Both the position numbers and the translations under genes were made by a program. Positions 36,948 to 43,656 of a DNA stretch of 64,000 nt are shown one piece after another. This DNA is from an uncultured Eubacteriales bacterium (GTDB lineage: Bacteria > Bacillota > Clostridia > Oscillospirales > UBA644): NCBI GenBank assembly GCA_934501435.1, contig CAKSTW010000003.1:67842-131841 (forward strand). Reading direction: 5' to 3'. The notes below the pieces were generated by a model. The model saw only the letters and a program-made list of their open reading frames with translations, was not told where the DNA came from and ran no database searches. Within the stretch, counting starts at the first letter, position 1. Each line of letters starts with the position of its first letter.

Positions 36948-38255
36948 TCATTTTGTTTTATTCCAATACCGGTCGATCTCCCGCTGCATATTCTCGCGTC
37001 CGACAGGGTTCATTGTATGCAGTTTAACAGGATAATGGGTTTTTCTTTCGGCAAGCCAGTCAATCAGTTTGATTCCGTCACCGCCGTCGGAAGCGTAATC
37101 TCCCAGATCATGGTCGCAGTTGATTTCATCAATAACGGCATATTCTTTTTCACACTCGATTATCTTTTTTATTGCCTCATTGACACTGCGGCAGTGACAG
37201 TATCCTTCCGGCGCTTTTCTGACATCGTCAAGCCATATTTTAATATGCTCCGGCTTGGATAATCCCGCCAGGATCATACCTGACTTCAAATAATCAAGAG
37301 GAATACTGTTTTCCGCATACCCGGCAGTGATTATCTGATGATAAGCGCGGGCGAAAAGTGCCGGATCTATTTCATCTTTCAGGAAATTACCGAGAGCAAT
37401 CAGAGTTCTTTTTGAACCGGTCAGTTCCTTATCATAGAATTCAAGATCCATATAGTTTGCCATACACTCTCCGTAAATACTGCCGTCCTCTCTTAAGAAA
37501 AATCCTCCGGCACACATGTCGGAAAAGTCGCCGTTTTTTCTGAGATTGTCTTTCAACTTATCGTTTTCGATACCGTCAAGGCAAACTCCTGTCGTCACAA
37601 ACGGACCGGCACAGATTCCATCCGGTTTATTCGGATCCCATACTATATCGCCCTTTTTAAACGGTGTCGGAAAGTCAAACCAAAGACCGTCGAAAACACC
37701 GAAAAACAAATCTTCTTCATTACTGTCAACGGGTCCGGGGTAAATGCGCAGAAAATCAAAGGAAGGGGTCAGATACGCAATTTGCCGCGAATCCAATCCA
37801 TCTATCTGCATTTTGGTGCATTGAATGGAGATAACGTCGTCTTCCGGCTCCATAATGCTTTCATATAAAGCATCAAAGCATGAAAATACCGTATCCCATT
37901 CGTATTCGGAACCGTCTTTGTAAATGTATTTGAATTTGTAAACAAACGGCTTGTCATCGTCAGAAGTGTCGGCAGGTTTCTCATCACGGAACTTGTCAAT
38001 ATACTTACTTTCAATCTCCATATACTGCTTCAGAAAAGCGTGAAGACTATCCTGCGGGACAGTGTTCAATCGTTCCGCTATCCGGCAATCCGGCATCTTT
38101 TCAATCAGTTCGTTCCACGCTTTATGCTTTTCGTCAACAGTCGCGCCGCGGCACTGATAGATAAGCCATGCAGCCTCAAGAGAATTAAATTCATAACCGA
38201 TATTTCCGAGGTATTCTCTTATATCTTCGGAATTGACAAATCTTAATATATCCAT
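36948..38255 (-). CDS. protein with a C-terminal cyclic-phosphate-processing receiver-like (CPR) domain; the N-terminal ~330 aa are unknown
   Basis: The track ORF starts at GTG 38264. ATG 38255 lies 8 nt after SD GAGGAG. The C-terminus IKIWLDDVRKAPEGY...INCDHDLGDYASDGGDGIKLIDWL...VKLHTMNPVGRENM matches my recollection of the CPR/receiver-like domain described in RtcB-centred RNA repair systems. Confidence 0.7.
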   Translation of the reverse strand: MDILRFVNSEDIREYLGNIGYEFNSLEAAWLIYQCRGATVDEKHKAWNELIEKMPDCRIAERLNTVPQDSLHAFLKQYMEIESKYIDKFRDEKPADTSDDDKPFVYKFKYIYKDGSEYEWDTVFSCFDALYESIMEPEDDVISIQCTKMQIDGLDSRQIAYLTPSFDFLRIYPGPVDSNEEDLFFGVFDGLWFDFPTPFKKGDIVWDPNKPDGICAGPFVTTGVCLDGIENDKLKDNLRKNGDFSDMCAGGFFLREDGSIYGECMANYMDLEFYDKELTGSKRTLIALGNFLKDEIDPALFARAYHQIITAGYAENSIPLDYLKSGMILAGLSKPEHIKIWLDDVRKAPEGYCHCRSVNEAIKKIIECEKEYAVIDEINCDHDLGDYASDGGDGIKLIDWLAERKTHYPVKLHTMNPVGRENMQREIDRYWNKTK

Positions 38256-38315
38256 ACGTTTCACTCCTCATATATTTATTTTTCAGGTCTGTTTCTCTAT
38301 ATATAATACAACAAT

Positions 38316-38339
38316 ATATGCACCGAAAGCGGTACATAT
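38316..38339. promoter_or_regulatory. operator-like inverted repeat (island motif, site 1)
   Basis: ATATGCACC-GAAAGC-GGTACATAT, about 60-85 nt upstream of the CPR/MPP/RtcB operon start. It overlaps a putative -35. Confidence 0.6.
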
Positions 38340-38390
38340 CGACCGATAGAATAAAGACATCGGGCAAGAGATACAAAGTTTGTATTCGAC

Positions 38391-38420
38391 TTTACAAAAC
38401 ACATTGAATTATGGTATAAT
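38391..38420 (+). promoter_or_regulatory. sigmaA-type promoter P1
   Basis: TTTACA (38391-38396), 18 nt spacer, TGgTATAAT (-10 at 38415-38420). Confidence 0.5.
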
Positions 38421-38426
38421 AGCCAC

Positions 38427-38532
38427 AGAAAGTCTTGCTACCGCAAGCCTTCGCGGCTGTCGCCTCCCCGTGCTCACGCACGGCTGCGGTATTGACGGCC
38501 TCGCAAAAATGCCCTTGCAGGCAAGCATTTTT
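38427..38532 (+). ncRNA. candidate structured small RNA or cis-regulatory leader
   Basis: A GC-rich segment lies between P1 and a terminator-like hairpin. Long-range stem UACCGCA(A)GCC / GGCUGCGGUA spans 38439-38491. An inner hairpin is CCGUGC-UCAC-GCACGG. The 3' hairpin is AAAAAUGC..CUUGCAGGCAAGCAUUUUU (38505-38532). A second TGgTATAAT follows at 38539-38547. Confidence 0.35.
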
Positions 38533-38575
38533 GCATCGTGGTATAATATATAAAATCGGGAAAGGATAAAGAGAC

Positions 38576-38779
38576 ATGGACGAATTGAAGGATAATCAAA
38601 ATGTCGAAACAAAAGAATTGGTCAGGCAGTATCTAAAGAAAAAATATCACGATGATCAATTTTCAGATGCGGATTTGAAATTTCTTGCAAGGTTTTCTGT
38701 AAAAAAGGAACCCAAAGAAAGCGAAATAATGAAAAGCCTTGGCCTCATCAGCGACAAGGGAAGGGTGCAAGACTATTGA
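38576..38779 (+). CDS. hypothetical 67-aa ORF, possibly the frameshifted N-terminus of the HNH gene
   Basis: SD GGGAAAGGA lies upstream of ATG 38576. The ORF overlaps the next ORF by 41 nt in another frame, near the run AAGGGAAGGG. Confidence 0.4.
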   Translation: MDELKDNQNVETKELVRQYLKKKYHDDQFSDADLKFLARFSVKKEPKESEIMKSLGLISDKGRVQDY

Positions 38780-39206
38780 AGCCGTTAAAAAGGCAAAGGA
38801 TTGTATCCAAAAAATCTATGAGCGCTTTAGCACCAAAAGAAATAGCCAAACGAAAAAGGAAAAACCCGTAAATGTTTTTGACGATGACTTCGAAACTTTT
38901 TTGGCTTGGTGGTGCGAAAAAACGCCTGAGGACGGAATACGGCATTGTTGTTATTGCGGGATTGATGAAAACACGCTAAAAAATGCTTTTGAAAATGGGG
39001 TAGTTATCTCTAAAAAACCATCTTTCAGCGGAGAATTACAGATTGAGCGTAAGGATCCCAACGGGGATTACTGCCATGATAACTGTGAGTTTGCCTGCGT
39101 GATCTGCAACAACGCAAAAAGCGATATGATCTCTGCGGAGGACTTCACAACATACTTTATTCTGGGTATTAAAGAATACTGGGAACATATCAATGGAAAA
39201 TTATAG
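38739..39206 (+). CDS. HNH endonuclease domain protein
   Basis: CCYCGIDENTL...ELQIERKDPNGDYCHDNCEFACVICNNAKSD is a Cys-box HNH. The track start is a TTG with no SD, so the real N-terminus is unclear. Confidence 0.6.
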   Translation: MASSATREGCKTIEAVKKAKDCIQKIYERFSTKRNSQTKKEKPVNVFDDDFETFLAWWCEKTPEDGIRHCCYCGIDENTLKNAFENGVVISKKPSFSGELQIERKDPNGDYCHDNCEFACVICNNAKSDMISAEDFTTYFILGIKEYWEHINGKL

Positions 39207-39263
39207 TGCTTGCGGTGAAAATCTCATTATTCTTTTAACGCAAGGCACAAGGAGGCCTTTTCT

Positions 39264-40775
39264 ATGATTTACTTGTCAAAATCAAAATATTGCGGACTTT
39301 GGCAATGCCCCAAAATTGCATGGATGAAAAAATACAAACCGGAAGAACTGCGGCTGGACGAAAGCGTCGTTTCCCGCATGGAAGCCGGCAACGAGGTCGG
39401 CGATCTGGCTATGGGGCTTTTCGGAGACTATGTTGAGGTGACAGCGTATAACAACGAAAAACCTGACCTTTCCAAAATGATTGAAACCACAAAAGCGGAA
39501 ATGCAAAAAGGCACGCCGGTCATCTGCGAGGCTTCTTTTGAGTATAACGGGCTCTATTGCGCTGTGGACATCCTAAAAAAGGAGGGGAACGGCTGGTCAA
39601 TTTATGAGGTCAAAAGTTCCGCAAAACACGAAGATAAAAAGGATGATAAGCCGGTATACATTGCGGATGTCGCTTATCAGAAATATGTGCTGGAAAACTG
39701 CGGCATAAAACTCACCGGGACATATCTTGTCTGCCTGAACGGAGATTATATATTTGACGGAGTCCTTGACATCAATCGTTTATTCACTGTTTCTGACATA
39801 TCAGAAGCCGTATCTGTTGAAGAAAAAAATATTTCTGCAAATCTGTCTGTTGCCGAAAAATTGCTTAACTCTTCCGATGAGCCGGATATAGATATATCAG
39901 CAAATTGCAAAAAGCCGTACCTTTGCGGATTTTGGGATTATTGCGCAAAAAACATCCCAAAACAATCGGTATTCAACTTGTATAAAATGAGGTTCAGCAG
40001 AAAGATAAAGTTCTATAAAAAAGGGATTATTACATACCGGGAATTGTTGAACAGCCCCGAAATCACCAACGAAAAACATCTTCGACAGATCGAGTTCTCA
40101 TTGCAGGATAAAGGAACCTATATCGAAAAAGAAAATATCCGTAAATTTCTTTCAACTCTCTCTTATCCGCTCTACTTTCTCGATTTTGAAACAATTCAGC
40201 CTGTCATTCCGAAATATGCAGGAACAAAACCTTATGCGCAAATACCGTTTCAGTATTCGCTGCACTGTATCGAAACAGAGGGCGGAGAGTTAAAACACAA
40301 AGAATTTCTCGCAGAATCCGGTACCGATCCGAGAAGAAAACTCGCCGAACAGCTTTGCTCGGACATTCCCATGAACGTCTGCGTTACGGTTTACAACAAA
40401 GCCTTTGAGTGCACCCGGCTTAAAGAATTGGCGGAGACATTCCCGGATTTGGCGAAGCATCTTCTCAATATACGAAAGAACATCGTCGACCTGCTTGTTC
40501 CGTTTCAATCGGGCTATTACTACAATCGGGCAATGGGCGGGTCATTTTCCATTAAAAGCGTTCTGCCTGCCATTTTCCCGGACGATCCCGAATTGAACTA
40601 TCACAACCTTGAAGGTGTGCATAACGGCGGAGAGGCAATGACGATTTTTCCGAAAATACAGTTCATGACGCCGGAGGAACAAAAGAAAGCGCGGCGCGAT
40701 CTGTTAAAGTATTGCGAACTTGATACCTATGCTATGGTTAAAGTCTGGGAAGAACTTATTCGCGCAGCAGAATAA
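39264..40775 (+). CDS. DUF2779 family protein (Cas4/RecB-like PD-(D/E)xK nuclease + DnaQ-like exonuclease region)
   Basis: MIYLSKSKYCGLWQCPKIAWMKKY; EASF...VDIL...WSIYEVKSS (D..EVK nuclease core); Cys cluster CKKPYLCGFWDYC; YPLYFLDFETIQPVIPKYAGTKPYAQIPFQYSLH. Confidence 0.8.
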   Translation: MIYLSKSKYCGLWQCPKIAWMKKYKPEELRLDESVVSRMEAGNEVGDLAMGLFGDYVEVTAYNNEKPDLSKMIETTKAEMQKGTPVICEASFEYNGLYCAVDILKKEGNGWSIYEVKSSAKHEDKKDDKPVYIADVAYQKYVLENCGIKLTGTYLVCLNGDYIFDGVLDINRLFTVSDISEAVSVEEKNISANLSVAEKLLNSSDEPDIDISANCKKPYLCGFWDYCAKNIPKQSVFNLYKMRFSRKIKFYKKGIITYRELLNSPEITNEKHLRQIEFSLQDKGTYIEKENIRKFLSTLSYPLYFLDFETIQPVIPKYAGTKPYAQIPFQYSLHCIETEGGELKHKEFLAESGTDPRRKLAEQLCSDIPMNVCVTVYNKAFECTRLKELAETFPDLAKHLLNIRKNIVDLLVPFQSGYYYNRAMGGSFSIKSVLPAIFPDDPELNYHNLEGVHNGGEAMTIFPKIQFMTPEEQKKARRDLLKYCELDTYAMVKVWEELIRAAE

Positions 40776-40840
40776 ATCGGAAAAAATCTCTCGGCACCTT
40801 ATAATAAGCAGTAATTGTCGAACATTTTTTACAATGAAAT

Positions 40841-40893
40841 CAGCACAGCCGCCGAATCACTTTATTTCGGGGCTGTGCTGTCATTTTCTTTTT
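40841..40893. terminator. intrinsic terminator between convergent genes
   Basis: CAGCACAGCC-N20-GGCTGTGCTG followed by TCATTTTCTTTTT. Confidence 0.7.
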
Positions 40894-40965
40894 GTCCTAT
40901 TAAGTCTTTATTATTTACAGTAAAATGCTTCGGACCGCAGTTCCTCTCAAGTTTCTCTTCCGGGG

Positions 40966-41763
40966 TCACGTCTCCCAACTTATGCAATTCAAGACTCCCC
41001 CGTCCTCGGCTATACCGTTTATATTCACGGTAATTATTTCTTTATCAAAAACTTCCTTTGCACATTTTACCGCCGTTTTATCCTTTTCATTACCGAAAAT
41101 CGGCAGGAAAATATGTCTTTCTGTTTCAAGAAAATTCAAGTAACAACCGACAGCGCTTATGCCAACGGAATCAATATACGGAAAGTCAACAACCGAAATG
41201 CCGTGTTTTTCCAACGCCTTTTTAACCTTCTGCTCGTAACCGTTGCATGACAAGGCATTACCGAGAATCGTGTTTTCATCTATAAATCGCACTACGCCGT
41301 CCGCATGACCTGTCATATCGCTTTTAAGCGACGGAATAATAATTATCCCGGCTTCAAGCAAGTTTTCAAGTTCGGTTAAAAGAGTGTTTTTATCATATTC
41401 GGGATTTTCCGAAAACACTCTGTCCGAGATAACTGCTTTTGTTTTAGAGGGTGAAAACACAACATTTCCGCCGTCAAGATTGATGTTTGAATATGTAATC
41501 GGCAAACCGAAATGCGGCGCGATATCGACTTTAAAATTTGTTCTTAATTGCGGATAGCCCGCAAGGTACCCCGGCTCATACCGAAACGATATATATTTAC
41601 CGCTTTGGGTTTTGACCGGCATATAATCTCTTGCCCAGATATCCTTTGCTCCGTCAAAAAGAGTAAATTGTTCGCCGTGATCGGATAAAGCAGAAAACAA
41701 ATTCTCCGCCGATAACGAATATTGGGGGTTGGTTTTCAGAAGTGATGAAAAATATAATCTCAT
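40966..41763 (-). CDS. agmatine deiminase / PAD_porph-like guanidino-group-modifying enzyme (pentein superfamily)
   Basis: DIWARDYMP (D.W.RD..P); NLDGGNVV; MTGHADGVVRF (TGH.D); CYLNFLETERHIFLPIFGNEKDKTAVKCAKEVF; C-terminal DGGVLNCISWE (GG..HC.T-type Cys nucleophile). Its ATG shares 1 nt with the upstream stop (TAATG). Confidence 0.75.
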   Translation of the reverse strand: MRLYFSSLLKTNPQYSLSAENLFSALSDHGEQFTLFDGAKDIWARDYMPVKTQSGKYISFRYEPGYLAGYPQLRTNFKVDIAPHFGLPITYSNINLDGGNVVFSPSKTKAVISDRVFSENPEYDKNTLLTELENLLEAGIIIIPSLKSDMTGHADGVVRFIDENTILGNALSCNGYEQKVKKALEKHGISVVDFPYIDSVGISAVGCYLNFLETERHIFLPIFGNEKDKTAVKCAKEVFDKEIITVNINGIAEDGGVLNCISWET

Positions 41764-42314
41764 TATTTAAAAGTAACTTCAGCAGAATAGTTGAATTTTA
41801 AATGTTCATTGCTATCTATATTTACTCTCTCTTCTGTATTAAATGAGAGCGTGTCAATTTTATCGCTCAAAAGCAGAGAACATCCATAAAGAGAAAATTT
41901 TCCGTGACAATCACAATAATCAGGTTTACTCTTATACAAATGCAATTCCTTTGCTATGCCGTCAGGTCCAAAGCATATCCCGTTTTCATCTTGAATTTCC
42001 TTTATCAGGACATTGTCAGAGTAAACATTATCGGTGACCGATAAAAGCAATTGACCGCCATATACACACCATGTTCCCGGTGTTGAAAACAATGGCGCAG
42101 AAACAGCATTTTGCGCTTCAGCCTTTGTCTTTTCAGCACCATAACATATTTTCTTTCCTTTATTATCATATTCTTCATGGTAATAAGCTTCTGTGGATGT
42201 AATCATATATTTTTTTATTCGGTTGCCTCGCTGAAAAGTAATTGTCGCTCCCAACAAACCCTTGGCAACAGTAGCAGCATCTTCCTTAAAAAAATCTTGT
42301 GTAAATTTGCTCAT
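41763..42314 (-). CDS. divergent AAG/Mpg-fold (3-methyladenine DNA glycosylase-like) protein
   Basis: FFKEDAATVAKGLLGATI...YMITSTEAYYHEE matches the LLG...IVETEAY motif. TPGTWCVYGGQLLLSV...NVLIKEI matches the G..YVY..YG...LN.V...VLIRA motif. GPDGIAKEL matches GPGKL. An insertion follows the TEAY motif. TGgTATAAT and SD AAAGGGAG lie upstream. Confidence 0.65.
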   Translation of the reverse strand: MSKFTQDFFKEDAATVAKGLLGATITFQRGNRIKKYMITSTEAYYHEEYDNKGKKICYGAEKTKAEAQNAVSAPLFSTPGTWCVYGGQLLLSVTDNVYSDNVLIKEIQDENGICFGPDGIAKELHLYKSKPDYCDCHGKFSLYGCSLLLSDKIDTLSFNTEERVNIDSNEHLKFNYSAEVTFK

Positions 42315-42409
42315 TTCAAATTTCTCCCTTTGTTTTTACTCCATTATACCACGCTTAAACAGCCTACCGTCCGCGGCGATTTCTAAGGTGATTTAACTGT
42401 CAAAAGGTA

Positions 42410-43351
42410 TCACGCATCGGTCGTTTTACCGCAAAGTTTTTCTTTGATCCGGGTTTTATACCCGATAAACTCCGAATTATTCGGGTCAACAGAAAGCACA
42501 TAGTTTATCCGTCCCAGCAGTTTCCTCAAATAAACAGTCTCGTTATCCGTATTTCCTTTCTTTTCAAGATGACTCCTGATTCCGTATTTTTTACAATAGT
42601 ACATCTCCTGTCGGACATTCTTTCTGTACGATGCTGCCACATTCGGTTTTTGATTGACAACGATCCCGGTAACAGACATTTTTTGTCCATTACATACACA
42701 AACCGTCTTTTTTTCATTTAAGAAAAAACCGAGTTTTCCGAGTTCGCCTGATACAAAACATTTCAAAACCGACGGTTCAAAGACCCCCGAAAAAGTCATA
42801 TCGTCACAGTAGCGTGTATAGGTTATTCCTCTTTCACGGCACCAACTGCCGACAGTATTATCAAAATCCCGCATAATGATATTGGATATTGCCGGAGATG
42901 ACGGTGCGCCCTGCGGCAGACAGCCTTTATAACAGCACAAGACAGACAGCAGAACCCCGTTCGACTCGGAAAAAATTCTGTCATTGAAAACAATATTTCT
43001 GACAAGCGCATAGGTAATTTTATCAAAGAAATGCCGGATATCAAGTTTCAGCAACATCGCGTGTCCTGCATGCGGCTTTGCATTTTTCAAAGGGCTGCCG
43101 CCGAATCGGTATGCGGTTGCATACGGAGAAAGTTCGATTCGGTTCAGAATGACATTCGTAATTTTCTTTTGCACCGCTTTAAGCTCTTCATCCGGAACAA
43201 ACAGTTTGCGGTATTCGCCGTTTCCTTTGGGAACAGACGTTTCATGATAATGCGAATTGATTGTATTGCTGAGAGTGTACAACATTTTTGCCGAGCATCC
43301 GAGATCGGTTTCGAGGGAGGAATGCTCCCGATAGATAATCATATTTGGCAA
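42410..43351 (-). CDS. retron-type reverse transcriptase
   Basis: 313 aa. LKNAKPHAGH (NAxxH); LLKLDIRHFFDKI (motif A); LPQGAPSSPAISN (motif B); YCDDMTFSG (motif C); MSVTGIVVNQKPNV (retron VTG motif). SD GAGGGAGG. A structured non-coding region lies immediately upstream. Confidence 0.9.
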   Translation of the reverse strand: MPNMIIYREHSSLETDLGCSAKMLYTLSNTINSHYHETSVPKGNGEYRKLFVPDEELKAVQKKITNVILNRIELSPYATAYRFGGSPLKNAKPHAGHAMLLKLDIRHFFDKITYALVRNIVFNDRIFSESNGVLLSVLCCYKGCLPQGAPSSPAISNIIMRDFDNTVGSWCRERGITYTRYCDDMTFSGVFEPSVLKCFVSGELGKLGFFLNEKKTVCVCNGQKMSVTGIVVNQKPNVAASYRKNVRQEMYYCKKYGIRSHLEKKGNTDNETVYLRKLLGRINYVLSVDPNNSEFIGYKTRIKEKLCGKTTDA

Positions 43352-43368
43352 TCCTCCCTCTTTTTAAG

Positions 43369-43597
43369 TAACGGAACAAAACAATGAGTATATCGAAGTT
43401 GTGGAGCTGATGAATCGTGCACATGAAGTGTGCCTAGCATCAGTGGAATCAACTTTGATTGAGCATAGCGAATGCCTGTAAATATCGCTGTCCCGATAAC
43501 GACTCGCCATCGGTGTCAATATATTCGCGGTAATACGATGTCCATTGACCTGCACTAATGTTCCGTTATCCTTTTAATCGGTTTTTAATGTTCAGGC
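43369..43597 (-). ncRNA. retron msr-msd non-coding RNA (predicted)
   Basis: Read on the minus strand. a1 UAACGGAACA (43559-43568) is complementary to a2 UGUUCCGUUA (43369-43378, 18 nt before the RT ATG). UUAGUG with a candidate branching G follows a1. Internal hairpins are CCGAU..AUCGG, AGCGA..UCGCU, AAUCAA-AG-UUGAUU and CUGAUG..GCACA-CUUCA-UGUGC..CAUCAG. Confidence 0.7.
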
Positions 43598-43603
43598 AAT
43601 TAC

Positions 43604-43632
43604 ATTATACCACCCTTTTGTTATTTTGACAA
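43604..43632 (-). promoter_or_regulatory. sigmaA-type promoter of the retron
   Basis: Minus strand TTGTCA (43627-43632), 17 nt spacer, TGgTATAAT (-10 at 43604-43609). Confidence 0.65.
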
Positions 43633-43656
43633 GTATTTTTGATATTCTCTGAATAT

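Noticed and set aside
37815-37822. Isolated GGTGCATT half-site inside the CPR-protein coding region, and an ATGTACC half-site at 12273-12279 in the GmrSD leader.
   Set aside because: A single 7-8-mer match with no partner arm is expected by chance in 64 kb on two strands.
38392-38612. Minus-strand ORFs 38392..38577 and 38409..38612 in the rtcB-island intergenic region.
   Set aside because: They have no SD. They overlap two plus-strand promoters and a GC-rich hairpin-forming segment, so the region is better explained as non-coding RNA or regulatory sequence.
41763-42314. Interpreting the AAG-like gene as the ordinary housekeeping 3-methyladenine glycosylase (Mpg) and the pentein as metabolic agmatine deiminase.
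   Set aside because: Both are shorter or more divergent than the canonical enzymes: the D.A.H segment is lost and an insertion is present in the glycosylase, and about 100 N-terminal residues are missing from the deiminase. They are translationally coupled to each other and sit in an AT-rich island directly behind a retron RT. This is not excluded without a homology search.
43590-43625. Possible copy of the island operator at the retron promoter (AATGTAATTGCCTGAACATT).
   Set aside because: Only 5-bp arms are present, with a different spacing (12 versus 14 nt between the outer AATG/CATT), and the CACC/GGTG core is absent. It is probably unrelated, so the retron appears to be outside the operator regulon.
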